This document shows positions 38,501 to 53,500 of a stretch of DNA of 64,000 nt, piece after piece. Made by a program: the position numbers and the translations under genes. Numbering within the stretch: the first letter of the stretch is position 1; the number at the start of each line of letters is the position of its first letter. The notes under the pieces are model-generated. The model ran no database searches and was not told the DNA's origin. It saw only the letters and a program-made list of their open reading frames with translations. This DNA is from Vicugna vicugna (taxonomy: Eukaryota): the NCBI GenBank assembly GCA_013265495.1, contig MU057487.1, positions 744,001 to 808,000 on the forward strand, written 5' to 3'.

Positions 38501-41500
38501 GTTTTTAAAGTATAATTGACCAACAACGCTATGTTAGTTCCTGGTACCCCAAATAGTGATTCAATATATCCATACATTTCAAAATGATCACCATGTAAGT
38601 CTAGTTACTGTCACCATAAAAAGATACTGTATAATAATTGATTGTGTTTCTCACACTGTACATTTCATACCTGTGACTTATTTATTTTGTAATTGAAAGT
38701 TTGTACCTCTTAATCTCCCTCACCTATTTATCTTCATATTCACATGAACACTGTGTATAAAAAGATAAATTTTGAACTTTTCAAGTTAAATACCCAATTA
38801 AATATTTTTAATCAAGCCAAGAGAATAAAGGTTGACATCAAAACCTAGCTTTAACTATTTTTAATTTTTTAGAGGTTGCAATTTATTTTCTGACATATTT
38901 AATATTTCTGAAGAAGAGGGCTCAGAATGCCCATAACCCAAATTAAGTCAGTTGTGTATTCTATTCATATTCTAATTCCTTCAGGATATTAGCTGACACT
39001 ACTTAATAAGGCATGCTGGTTGCACATTGCATAAATAAACTGCCTCCACTATGAATAAAATCATATCTTTACACTGAACAGCATGCTTGAAGAAAACAAT
39101 GGCAAAATTCCAGACCCTCATTTTATTAAAGTTTTAACATCTTTACAGTGAAAGTAATCTAATTAAAGCATATATAGCAGCATGTGTGTGTGTGTGTAAA
39201 TAAGATTCTGCTGCTTTTTAAATTTTTTTCTGTTAGACATCTCTAATGATTTTGTGCCAGCTAAAGTTTTCTTTGGTTATTAACTCTTATATTTATTTTT
39301 CATTATATTATATAATCTTGTTAATTGACCTAAGAATTTTTTTAGATCATTTTGTCATCTTTGCTAGGTATGTGATTAATGAGTGATTTTAAGTTGCAAA
39401 AAGTTATTTTATTAGTGTTTTATTAATAACCAGATTATAAAACATATATTAATGCAAATATAAACTAACTCTCAATATCTGTAAAGACAACTTTGACAAT
39501 TTTTCAAGTCCAAATTATGCAGAGTTTAATTTACATGAAAGGGAGAATATGTAGAAAAAATACATTTTGTTGGATATGATTTTGTGATCAAATATATCAT
39601 ACACTCTAGAGCTAATTCAAATATGTATTTTGACTCTAGGAACAGATAGTATTGCTATCACAAAGTGATGTTTGAATTTCCCTAAATTTGCCTTTTAAAT
39701 TCCCCATGCTTTTCCTATTCGTTCTTTAAAAAAAAAAAACAGGTTTATTGATATAAATTTGACATACAGTAAATAGCACATATTTAAAGGATGCATTTTG
39801 ATAAGTTTTGATGTACATGTACACACATGAAAGCATCGACACAATCAAGAAAATGAGCCGATCTACCATTCAGAACAGTTTCCTTGATCCCTTGGTGGTC
39901 CCTTCCTTCTGCCCTGCCCTGATCGCAGTCTCCAGGCAATCACTGGTCTGTCTTCTGTCTCTGTAGATTAGTTTGCATTTTCTAGAGTGTTTTATAAATG
40001 AAATCATAAACTTTCATCTGTATGGCTTTTGTATGGCTTCTTTCGCTCATCATAGTTATTTTGATATCCGGCCATGATATTTCCAACAATTAGTATAGAA
40101 TTAGTATAACTTCTTCCCTAAATGTTCAGGTAGATTTTACCAGTGAAGCCATTTGGGCCTGGAGTTTTCTTTGTAGGAAGGTTTTTTAATGCTAAATTCA
40201 CTTTACTAATAGATACATACAGGGATATTCAGTATCTCCAATCCAGTCTATCTTTTCTTTAATGAGTATTTTTAGTTTTCAAGGAACTGATCCGTTTCAT
40301 CTAAGTTATCAAATACATGACATAGCTGTTTGTAATATTTCCTTATTATCTTTCAAATGTCTATGGGATCAGCTGTGATGTCCCCTCTTTCATTTCTATT
40401 GGTAGTTTGTATCTATCTTCTCCCTTATATTTCTGATCAATCTGACTAGAGTTTCATCAATCAAAATATTGGCTTTTTGATTTATTGATTTTTCTCTTTC
40501 ATTTGTATGTTTTCAATTTCCATTAATCGGTTCTAATTTTTTATTAATTTACTTTAGATTTAACTTGTTCTCTTTTCTTAAGGTAGAAACTAAGTACATT
40601 GCTCTGAGACTTGACTCTTCCAATATTTTGTGTGATAAATTTTCTGTGTATTGCTTTAGTGGCATCCTGTACATTTTAATGAGCTGTATTTTCATTTTTA
40701 TTTAGTTCAAATACTTTTATAATTTCTTTTTTGATTTCTTCATTAACACATTAGTTCATCATACATATTTTATTTAGATTCCAAATATCTTGGAATTTTC
40801 CAGGATTTTTTGTTGTTGTTGTTAATAATTTTTATTAATGATTTTTTTTGTTGTTAATGGTTCCATTGGTCAGAGATAGTACTTTGTGTGACTTGAGTTC
40901 TTTTAAATTTATTGAGGCTTATTTGATGTCTTAGATTATGGTCTATCTTGAGAAATGAAATATGTGTTCTTAAAAAGAATGTGCATCTGTATGCTAAAGT
41001 GTTCTGTAAATTAATCAATTAAGCTGATTTTGATGGATAGTGTTCTATAGTCCATATCTTCTCAGCCTTACTGATTTTTCATCAGCTTGTTCTATCAGAT
41101 ATTATGAGTGATATTCCTATCTTCCACTATGCTTATGAAATACAATTGACTCTTATAGGTCTATCTGTTTTCGCCTCATGTATTAACAAAATTTAGGATT
41201 ATTACATTATCTCAATGAGTTTTCATTTTTATCATTTTGAAATTACGTTTTTAATCCCTGGTAATATTCTTTGTTCTGGAATCTACTTTTTAAAATATTT
41301 ATCTTTATTAATGTTAACCTTATATACATTTTCAATTCTTTTATTATTTGTATCTTTATATATACATAAAGGATTTCTTATAGATAGCATTTAGTTGAAT
41401 CTTGCTTTTTATCTAATCTTACAGTCTATCTCTTAATTTGGGTGTTTGGACTCTTTATATTTAATGTGATTACTAATATTGCCAAGTTTAAATCTATTAT

Positions 41501-44500
41501 CTTGCTATTTGTTTTCTCTTTGCTCTATCCTTTGTGTCTCTTTTTCTCTTCTGCAATATATTGGATAATTTTTTATTTCTATTTATCCCTTTTATTGACT
41601 TTTTGTGTTCTTTTGCTGATTACTGTAAACTCTGCAGTTTATAGTACACATCTTTAACTTATCATCCTCTACCTTCTTTTGATGATATGCCAGGTACATT
41701 TAATATAAAAACATCATAATAGTATATGTATTCACCTCCCAACTTTATGCTATTGTTTTCATACATATGACTTTTATATATGTTATAAACCCTATACTAC
41801 ATTATGTTTGTGTAAGTAGTTAATTTCATTACAAAGATATTTAAATAGTAGAATAACTTGTATATTTAGCCATGTAGTCACTACTTCTGATGTTCTTTTT
41901 TTCTTTGTATATAGATTCATATTTCCATCTGATATAATGTTTTCTTCTGCCTGAAGGCCTTCTTTTATTTTTTACTGTGGTGAACTTCTACTGATGACTG
42001 CTTTTAGTTTTTGTTTTTTTAATGTCAGAGAAAAGTGTTTGTATCACTTTTATTTAAAAGAATATTTTCACTAGGTGTATAGTTCTAGCTTGACAGATTG
42101 TTTTCTTTTAGTGCTTTGAAGATGTTGCCCATTTGCTTGCATTGTTTTTAATGAGAAATTTGCTGGATTCCTTTTCTTTGTTTCCCTGCATGTAACGTCT
42201 TTTTTATCTAGCTCTTAAGATTTTTTTATCACCATTACTTTTGAGTCATTTGCTTATATTGTACCTTGGCATAATACTCTTCATGTTTCTTGAGTTTGGA
42301 GGTAATTGAAATTCTTGAATTTGTGAGTTTATCATTTGAATCAAAATTTTAAAAATTTTGACCATAACTTTTTCAAATTTTTTTCCTATCTCCTATCTTT
42401 CCTTTGATGGCACCAATAACTTAGATTATCTGAAGTTTTTCTAGAGTTCACTGATGCCCTATTTATTGTCATTTTGTGTGTGTGTGTTCCATTTGGATCA
42501 TTTCTATTGCTATTTATTCAAATTCATCAGTCTTCTTCAATATCTAATCTACCATTAAAATCCTTCTTATGTATCTTTTCTCAGGCATTTTAGTTTGAGT
42601 TTTCCTTTCAGGTATTTCAGCTTTTTTTTTTTTAAATCACAAATGCATGAGAAATTACCCAAGGCCTTAAAAAGAGTACCCCAAAGAATTGGAAGACTCA
42701 CATACAGCCAAGACTAGACCTATTTTTATCAGCTGCAAAACCCAAAGCTAGCAGAAATAAAAGGTATAATAAAATTACAACCAAGATAAGCAAAATAAAG
42801 ACTAGAAAAGCAATAGATAAAATTAAAAACACAAAAATTGGTTCTTCGAAAAGGTCAACAAAATTGATAAAACTTTAGCTAGATGGACTAAGAAAAAAGG
42901 AGATAAAACTTAAACCACTAAAATTAGAAATGAAAATGGTACATTATTATCAATTCTGCACAAATAAAAATAAGTATAAGAATTCTATGAACAATTATAT
43001 ACCAACAAATTAGTTAACCTAGATGAAATGGATAAATTCTAGAAACACAAAACCTACCAGACTAAATCACAAAGAAATAAAAAATCTGAATAGACCTATA
43101 ACTAGTAAAGAAATTGAATCAGTAGTCAAATATCTCTCAACAACAACAACAAAATCTCTGGACCTGATGGCTGCACTGGTGGCTTCTACCAAGCATTTAA
43201 AGAAGAACTAATACCAGTATTTCTCAAATTTCTGCAAAACACTGAAGTGGAGGAAATGCTTTCCAACTCACTCTATGAGGCCAGCAGTAGGCTAATACCA
43301 AAGCCAGAGAAAGATAGTACAGGAGAAGAAAACTGCAGGTCAATAGCTCCTAAAAACATTGATGCAAAAATTATCAACAAGATGATATCAAACTGAATTC
43401 AGTGACATAGTAAAAGTATTCTACCCCATGGCCAAGTGGGATTTATTCTTGGAATACAAAGATGGCTCAATGTATAAAAATGAATAAATGTAATACACCA
43501 TATAAACAGAATGAAGGAAAAAAAACACATATGATCATCTCAATTGATGCAGAAAAAGCCTTTGACAAAATTTAACATTCTTTAATGATTCAAAAAACAT
43601 ACAACAGACTAGGACTAGAAGGCAACTACCTCAACATAATAAAGCCATATATGAAAAACCTACAGAGGATATCATACTCAATGATGAAAGACTGAAAGCA
43701 TTTCCTCTAAGATTAGGAACAAGGCAAGGATGCTCACTTTTATCATTGCTATTCCACATAGAACTGGAAGTTCTAGTCAGAGCAGTTAGGTAAGAAAAAG
43801 AAATTACAGATATCCAAATTTTAAAGGAAGAATGAAAAATATCTGCAGATAATATGACCTTATAGGTACAAAGCCCTAAAGATTCTATAAAAAAAACTGT
43901 TATAACTAATAAATGAATTCATCACAGTAGCAGAATACTAAGTCAACACACACAAAAATCAGTTGCATTTCTATAATGAACAAAGAACAATCTGAAAAGT
44001 AAATTACAAAATAATTCCATTTATAATAGCATCAAAAAAGAGTAAAATACTTATGAACTAACTTAACCAAGGATGTGAAAGACTTGTAAAGTGAAAACTA
44101 CAAACTATTGCTGAAAGAAATTAAAGACATAAATAAATGTAAACATATCCCATGTTCATGAATTGGAAGACTTAATTACATTTTAATGTCATTACCGCCC
44201 AAAACAATCTACAGATTCAATGCAATCTGTATTAAAATCTCAATGATTTCTTTGCAGAAATAGAAAAATCCATCCTAACATTTTTATGGAATGGGTGAGC
44301 CCCTGAAGATCTCAGGAGTTCTCTCTCCATGAAGCTCTCTCTTCTAGTCCTCTGTACTGTAAATTCTAGGCTGCTTTGGTCTCCCCCAAACTCTCATCTC
44401 CAGCTCCTCTTCTTAAGGAATCTGTTGAGATATCCTGGGTTAAATATCCCTGCACTGCACATAGAAAACTCTCTCAGGGCCATAAGCTGAGGAATTATAG

Positions 44501-47500
44501 AGCTCATCTTATTTGTCTCTCACCTTTTGGTAATCACTGTCCTTTATCACTTTATGACTGTGTCTTGAAAACCAGTTTTCTGTGTTTTACCCAGGGTTTT
44601 GGTTGTCTTAGTGGAAGGGTAAATCCAGTCCCTGTTACTTCAGCTGAAATGGACATGGTGTGTCTCAGGTTAATTACTAAAATTTTTTATTTTATTTCTA
44701 ACTATTAAGATGACAGCTTTTAAAAACAATATTTACAGATATGTATCCACAGATAATATATTGCAAGTGTGGATAGAATTCTTTTCTTAAAAATAAAACT
44801 CCAAATTGGATATAATTTCCAGTATATATTATATTTTTTAAAATTGGGTTTTGATGTGGTACAGACATCACGATACAAAAGGTTCAATTTAAAGAATGCA
44901 ACTTCCAGCCTCTATGAAGATTTCTTTAAATCAGATTTTCATAACTATTATATTGTTCTCACTTTTGAGTCATATTGCAAGTTCAGTGTTCCTCAAGCTT
45001 CCTATTTTAAACCAGTGGTCCATTGTGGGTAAATGTTAAATAACATGTATATCCAAGAATAAAATGTTTGTCTTGGCAAAGTCAACAATAATACACAATA
45101 AGGTTCCAGCTCCTCAACAAGACTCTCAGTGGGGAGCCGCCTGCCAACTTTGTGTTTCTCTCCAGCTTGATTTCCCCTCACCTTATACTACATGCTTACC
45201 CAGTACTGAAAGGCTCATAGTTCTCTGCACTCATTCTGTCGTTTCTTGCCTCTGTACTGTCTCGTGTGTTGTTCTCCTTTCTTAGTGATGTCCTTTCTCC
45301 TTTTTCAATCTAAAAAAAAATTGTGTTTATCCCTCAAGACAGCTCAGATACTATTTACTGCAGGAAGTTTCTCCTAATTGCTTCATACTGGGCACAGTGC
45401 CTCCTCTTTACCACCTGTGAATACCTCCATCACTGCACATACCATATGATATTGAAATTTCCTGTTTACCTGTTTGCATTCCAAAATAAACTCAAGAACA
45501 TGGAGACATATTTACATGTCTGTAACCCCATCATCTAGCACTTTGCTTGTCACAGAGCAGGTGTTCAATAAATGTGAGTTAAAAATAAGTGAACTGCTGT
45601 CTGAGTGAAATTCCTTTCTCATTCTGAAACAGTATTTTACTAAAATGTTTTTAGTCTCCAGACCTATTGGTTGATTTGATCCTAATTTTAAAAATTCTGC
45701 ATTCCCAATTTCCCTTCTACCCAAGGCATAGTTCGGTTGTTTCCTAATGTCAGAGCCACTCTTTCTCTTCTTTCTCAGTTTGGAAGTTTTATATTTTATT
45801 TCTTGGAATATCCTTGCACTGGACTGAGCATCAGTGTACCCCAGAATTCATATTTTGAAGCCCTAATCCCAATGTGACAGTCTTTGGGAAGGGGCTTTGG
45901 GAAGAAATGAAGTCATGAGTGTGAAGCGCTCATGAATGGGATTAGTGCCCTTATAAGAAGAGAACAGAGAGCTCTTTAGCTTTCTTTCCACCATATGAGG
46001 ACCCAACGAGAAGCCGGCCATCTGTATCACAGAAGGAGGCTCTCGTCAGAACCTGACCATGTTGGTACCCTGATATCAGACTTTTAGCCTCCAGAACTGT
46101 GAAAAATAAACTTTTGTTTATAAACCACCCATTCTATGATATTATGTTATAGCAGCCCAAACTGACTAAGACAATCCTTAATTTTTTAAAAATACACTCA
46201 TCTTTAAAGATTTTCCTACAAAGTCTACAGATGGTATTATTCCAAAAGAAAAACCAAGCACACTAGTGTCTGAGAATTCCTTCCCTTTCCCATTGCTTTT
46301 ATTTTGGATAGCTTTTAAAAGCACAAAGTTATCCTTATCATTATTTATAGGAACTATTTTTTAGAATTTTACCAAAACGTTATATTGACTCATTTGTTTA
46401 CCATAGCAACTTGCACTCTACATTTTCACTCTGCATTCATTTCTATTTTCCTGAGATAAATCCTTCAGTAATTTTTTTGAGGAGGAGCAAGAGTCTGTTA
46501 TGGTAAACTCACATTTTCAAAGTGTTCTTGTTTAATTTAAAATAAATGTTTCTATCTCATTTTTTGAATAAGAGTTTAATTGAGTCTTAATTCCAAGATT
46601 GACTGTTATTTTACTTCAGCTTTGAAGACATCATTTCACTGCTTTATCATCTCTACTGTTGCTGTCCATTTGATTATGTTTTATTTTTAGATGATTTTTC
46701 AGTTCTTTATGTACATAGATTTTCATCTTCAATGTTGGTCTGTAATTTCAGTTGATACTTCTAGATGCAGATTTCCATCCCTGATGTCCTGTTTATGCTT
46801 TATTATTACTTGATGTGCTTTTTCCAATCTGAAGACGTCTCTCATCAATTCTGAACATTTTTCAGCAGTCATATCATCAAATATTTGTCCAAACTCCTCC
46901 TCACCCCATGTTAACTTTTTTATCCTTCTGGGACTTCTATTACTCATACATTAGAGTTTTTCAATCTATATACTTGTCTATGTCACATTTTCTATCTCCT
47001 TTTCTATCTATGCAAACACTTGATTTTTAAAATTCTTCCTTCTGTATCAGTCCTCTTCAGCTTCGTTTAGTCTACTTTTTCGACTGAAATTTTCATTACT
47101 AAAATTTCCAATGTCTTTTTTTTTATATTGGTCTTATTTTTGTTTGTTTGTTTAAGATCTTCCTGTTCTTACTGTAAAGCAGAAAGTTTTCTCCTTTATC
47201 TTTTTGGTAATTCTAAATATACTCCTTTTAAATACATGTTAGATTTGCTACATTATTGCTCTTTCCTTGGGTGATTTTTTTCTTTTGATATATTTACTGA
47301 CTGTTCTTTTATTTTTAAGTTTCTTTTTTTGCTTTGTAATGTTAGTTCTTTAGTTCATATTCTGTAGATGTTTTAAACTTATGCATGCTGTTTTCTGCAA
47401 TGAAGTTTGGATGGCTTTTAGGCTGATGTACTCCCTACCCATTCTGACATCCAGTAGGGATGCCCTAGTGAAAAGGACAAGATAGTTATTACATTATTGA

Positions 47501-50500
47501 AATACTTCCTTATCAGTTGGCAAATAGCTGCTTTTCTGAACTCCCTGAAGAATGTCTCTCTCCCCTTGAACTCTGACAACTCTCTGAGAACCCCGGGACC
47601 TATCCACAATTCAGTTACTAAATGGTTAAGGACCAGCTAGGTTCTCTTACACTCTGTTCTACACAAGAGCAGAGTCCTTTCTGATTGGTGGGTGTATTTT
47701 TATATCACCCCTGCTTCCACTCAAGTCTTAACATGGGGAGGCTGGCGGCTTTTCTCCCACGTGGGAAGTGCTATCCCTGGGTCCACACCCCTGGTGGTAG
47801 AGGGCCACCCTCATCCCCATTCTTCCCTTTTGGTCAGCCGGATTCCTTATGGAATCACAGGAAAGTGACATGCCGCCTATTTCACCACTAATGATAGAGG
47901 GAGTTATTCCAGCCTTAGTTCAGAGCTAGGAGTTCATGAGTACTCCAGTTACTTGCTCATTCACGAAGACTGCTTCTGGTCTCCTGACATTTACAGGGTA
48001 AATTCAACATTTTCCCCCCTCAAAATAGACTTATAGGCTTTTAAGCTTGCTCCATTCCAATTCCCAGTACCTACTTGTGGATTACACCATTCCAGTCCCC
48101 AATGCACCATACAGGTTCTTTCTGTAATTAGTCCATTGACTTTTTTTCCATTGAGATGTAATTGACATATAACTTTATATTAGTTTCAAGTGTACAGAAT
48201 ACTGATTTGAAATTTGTATATATTGCAAAGGATCAACACAGTAAGGCTGTTTAACATCCGTCATCGTACAAAGTTGCACATTTTTTTGTGATAAGAATTT
48301 TTAAGATCTACTCTCTTAGCAACTTTTTTAGTGTATTATTAACTGTAGTCACTATGCTGTACATTACGTCCTCATGACTTATTTCCTTTATAACTGGAAG
48401 CTTGTACCTTTTGATCATTTACACCCATTTTGCCCACCTCTTATTACCCCCTGCCTCTGGCAACCACTCACTCACATCTTTCAATCATAATCAGATCATA
48501 TATATAAAATCATCTTAACATCTCTGTATCTGTTGCTTACTTGATATATCTGACTTGACCTTCTGTTATAAATTTGCTTCTTTTATGTTTCCTCTCTTTT
48601 CACCACGAGCACCTTTATATTTGATATTTCTACCCTAGAAATCAGCCTCTTGCCTGGCTTTCTGGAATTTTTTCTCCCGTTAAACACTGGGTTTCTTTGG
48701 GGTATCATTTAGCATTTAGAATATTCAAGTTTTATATTATAAACATTCCCTATTGACTTCTATCAAGTTTTTTTAAAAAAATAATAAATTTCCATAAATA
48801 TGTTTTGTTTACAGATTGCTAGCCTCTCCTAAAAAGATCAGTGACACTTCACTTATCTCAATAGCATATTTAGACTCACCATGTGGAAGGGAACATTTAG
48901 CCACATACTTAGAGAGTGTGTTTGTCTTTGAAATCGTTTACACAACTTGTAATCGTAATGAATTGAATCATTTACCGGTGTTTGGGTATATATATTGCTA
49001 TATGAATAGAGTAACTCTGTGTGTACCACTGATGTTTTCAGGGGCAGATTTGATTTCTTTGCATGTTTGAATTTTCCTAAAATTTATCAACATTTACTTC
49101 TCAGCATTACCAGTTCCTAAATCTTCAAAAGTCCTGGGTTACTTTTGTGTTTCAAGATTATCTTGTTCCCAGAATTGATGAAACCAGGAATAATGTGCTT
49201 TGAATATTTAAAGGATCCCAATTATGCTAGAAGAGCAGATACATTCTGGCAATGAAATTCAAAGGCATACTGTACTGAGAGTTGAAAGGCAACAATTGTG
49301 CACGATCGTTTGAAGTCTGCAGTGTATCTCACATTGGGCTGTGTTTGACCACTGCTTGTGTTGTGTGTGTATACAGTAGGTGAGCTACTGGACAGGACAA
49401 GATGCCTCTAATGAGATTCTTTTGAAGTGATCTTCAGTATAGATGGAAACAAATTTGACATGTTACAAGGAAAGTAGGCCAATTAGAGATAAAGCTTAAC
49501 AGCTTAAGGGAGAGAGCCAGAATATATTTACTTACACTTGACAGAATGAGAAGGAAAGCAAAACATAATATCAGCAGAGATCTCATTTTTTCAAGAAATT
49601 AAATCTCCCTTTTACAAAACAAGCTTTTAAGATTTTGAGCTTCCTGAATGCAGTGGTTTTATTATGGTTTTGACAAATACAAAATCACCAATTCCTTATT
49701 ATTTGTAAGGCTGCTCAATAAAACAGAGGTACTATAATATATTATTTCATGCCATGATTTTTTAATTAATGTTGTGAAAAACTGCCCTTTTTCCCTGAAA
49801 ACTATTCTAGTCATCCTCGTATTTTCTTACATGCTACTTAGGAACACTCCTTTGCAATGTATACATTTTCAGGCGTTCTTTTCCAGCAAAAAGGTAGATT
49901 ATGATTTTTTAAGATAATAATAATACCTAGAAATGCCTACATAAAGAAATAAAAGTCTTCAGGATCCAGAAACAAGGAGGGGACTGGAGGCTAGAATGGC
50001 ATGGTTCTGAGCTGAAGCTGCCACTTTGCTAAGGAAGGCTTATCAGTTTGTGAAAGTGCAATCTTTTGTTTTAACACAAATAAGGCCAGGTCTTGAGCCC
50101 AAATGAGGAAAAGGAGCGCTTCTACATTAGACACAGGCATGACTTTTCACAAGTTTAATTCTCTGTAATCAGGTGAATGAGAAAATCCATCCAAGTACAG
50201 AGGGGATAATTAGAAAGCTAGCATTTCTCTACCTGTTATTTTTTTTTTCCTTGAGAAGTGGAAACTCCTGTACTAAAGATTACATTGGTTTGAGATTTGA
50301 TTTTAAAGTATGGATAAGTTTCTGGATGGCTTATTCATTTTGGTTCTCTGAAAGAAGGAAACTCAATGTTGCATTCAAAGAAGATTCTTTCAACACAAGA
50401 TTGCCTCGGGGGAAGGATGAGCTCATATTAAGCATGCCCTAAAACACAAGAATATAGAAAAGATAGGAAGAAGTCACAAGAAACAAAAGAACCAAGTGTC

Positions 50501-53500
50501 ACAAATGTAAGATAATAGAAAACTAATCTAGAAGTAATTTACCATGTATTTGTTTATAATGGTTAAAGATATGAAAGAGAAAACCCCAGTCCTAAGACTT
50601 ACACTCCTTATGTTAGTCAGTGTTAGTAATCAATGCTAGCTCCAATAACAAATTAGCAAATAGGAAGTACGTGATGCTCACTTCAATACTGAACAACCCC
50701 CAAATCTCAGGGACCTCACACAACAAAGGATATTTCTCATTCACACTAGAGTGTGATCTGGAGTTTAAAAGATGACTTTGCATGTGCTGTATAAGGATTT
50801 TGGGCTCCTTCCGTCTTGTGGTATTACCATTTTCTAAAGTCTTCTCAAGGATTGAGCTATGTATCAAGCAGGAAGAGAGTAAAAAGTATCTCACAGAATG
50901 CTTTCTGAGCATAAAGGTGGGACACAACATATGTCCTCACATGCTATTTTGTAAAACACCTTCACAAAGTACCAGCCAACCTGCCATGGAGTGTGGGAAA
51001 CATAGGAAATGGAAGACAGGATTGGTGAGCATCTGGTCAATCTCTACCTACATATAAAAATTTGAAACAATTCTAATTAGAAATTATAGACATATAAAAA
51101 CCTTCATTCTTCTATTTCATGTAAATAGGTAGATGGCAGAGAAATGGATAGATTGTCTGTGTAGTCCAGGCACTGTTCCAGTTGCCGGAGGGAGACGGAG
51201 TGAACAAAAACCCAACGTTCCTGCCGCTCTGGAACTTACAAACCCTGCATATGGAAACATACAAATAGCACATAAATAAAGGATCAGTGAGAGGATTGTC
51301 AAGTGCTGTTAAAGATGAAAAGATGCAGAGAGGTGAGGGTTGCTATGCTAGGTAGGGTGCTCAGGAAAGTCCCTCCCAACCCTGACCTTAGAAGGTGAAA
51401 TTTGGAGGGACCTTAACCTTCTTATTGCTGAGTTCAACATTTATTTGTTTATACTTCATCTTGTTTGGTTCCTAGAATGAAGTGACTATGCCTTTCTTAT
51501 TTAGCTGATTTATGATTTTTAATTTTCTTTTAAAATGATGATCATATAGCACTTTTATATTGGGAAAAATCAATTTATATTTGTACTGATATTCAAAAAG
51601 CTATTACTGTTACACATGTAAAGGATTTTAAGTGTGGATTGTATATAAATATTCCCCTTTATGGCATCTTATGTGTTTATGATAATTATCTTACATTAGT
51701 ACGTAGGGACTGAAGCTCAAAATTTGCTTATGGAATAATCTCTTTTGGGTATTTCAGTCTTTAGAACCTTAACATGTGGAAGCTGTCTATCCACAGATAT
51801 GACTGTATTAAATGTATTTAACACAGGTGCTAACAAGATAACTAAATTAATATCATGAAATTAATTCAATATTATAGTTCAGAGATTTGAATTATAAGCA
51901 CCTCCCTCGCTCTGTCTCCAGTCAGTATGTTTTTGGCAGTAATGTACAGCCCAGAGAACAGAAGAAGGGGAGGTTTCCAATCTGGCCGGAATGGAGTGAA
52001 GCTGACATAAATGCTGAAAAGTGGGATGCTGGCAAAGGTGGAAAGGAGAAGGACAAAATGGGGAAAAGCCCTGTACTTGTAAGTAGACTCGAATGTGACT
52101 AGATCGCATTTTAGTTTTTCATTTTATAACGAGTGGAGTAAAACCTGTTAACATGTGGATGTGCTCATTCCTCTCCCCAGCCTCCATTCAAAAGAGAAAT
52201 GTCTTTGTCCACCTCGCCTCCTCCCACCCCACCTTGTCTTTGCAAGCTCAGTCCTGAGCTTTGGTGAATCACATTTGAGTAAACAAGAGGAGAGAAATAC
52301 CCAAAGGGTTGTAATGATATAAAGAGAAAATTGACAGGCCAGGTTTGCAGGTGGGTTTTGAACAGAATTGAGAACCAGGCATTTAGAGATGGTGGTTTAG
52401 AAAATGAGAAGCCTCAGCGAAACTGAGCTGTTATTTGGAGATTATAGAAAAGAAAAGTTTTAAGAGATGTTGCTATAAGATAAGAGTTGAATCCCTCTTA
52501 ATATCTGCTCCCCACAAGACACTTGGGTAAAAATCTCAGTTCCTCTTCATTTACCTGTAGCTTTTAAACATGATGTGTCCCTGAGATTGGAGCTGAGAAT
52601 GGGGTTCCAACATTTTTCCAGTTATATTATTTTAGGTTCTGCTGCCTATTTAAAATGTAGATAAGCTAGGTCTAGGTTGCATTTTAAATACGACTTATTT
52701 ATCTGGTGCAGTAATTCAATTAACAAAAATACTTTTTGAACACAGTACAATTTTCAAAATACAGACAACATTGCCAGAATGGCTGCGTTGAACTCTTGTA
52801 TCTATTTACATAGAGCACTCTGAAATGCTACCTGTTAGCATTGACATTTGGTTCACAAAATGCAGAATCACAAACTGCGTGATTCTATCGGTAATTTGTT
52901 TACAAAAGATGCTCAATAAATATAACTAATTGCTGGCTCTTTTAGTACTTGAACAATATTAAATTAGTGCTGTGGGAGGGAAGGCATTCTTTGTACCACA
53001 CCTAAGGTGATTCTGGAACTTTTAGATGCAATGGACTTTTGAACTCTCTGGGTTCAATATTAAAATTTCATATTCTACATATTTTAATAGAAGTTCAAAT
53101 CTTATAGGGCTCGTGTGTGAATATTCATCAGCAAGATGGATTGTGCAAATCCTGAGTTGAACAGTTGAGCTCTGGGAAAGATCCAGAGATGAGTCACTCC
53201 AAATCGTGAAGGAGCAACCAGGGAGGAGGAGAGCAGAAGTGCCTGAAAACTTGGAAATAGGAAATAAAGTATAATATTTTAAGGACCTTAGAGTGCAGGC
53301 ATGCCTTTATCAGATGACTATGAAAAACTCTTGCAGATGTCTGGAAGGTCAGGTATCAAATTCTGGAACTTACCAGTGTTATCAAAGCAAGGGCAAGTTG
53401 GTTAGAAGAAACACTTACTGGAGGAAAACCACTGAGACTGGAGCAGTAATAAATGTGCTGGTCACATGATGTCCATTTCATTTGGGGGTGACATGTAGGA

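Noticed and set aside
40088..40108. Direct repeat aattagtata x2 at an L1 deletion junction
   Set aside because: It is short, AT-rich and inside a decayed L1, so it is not informative.
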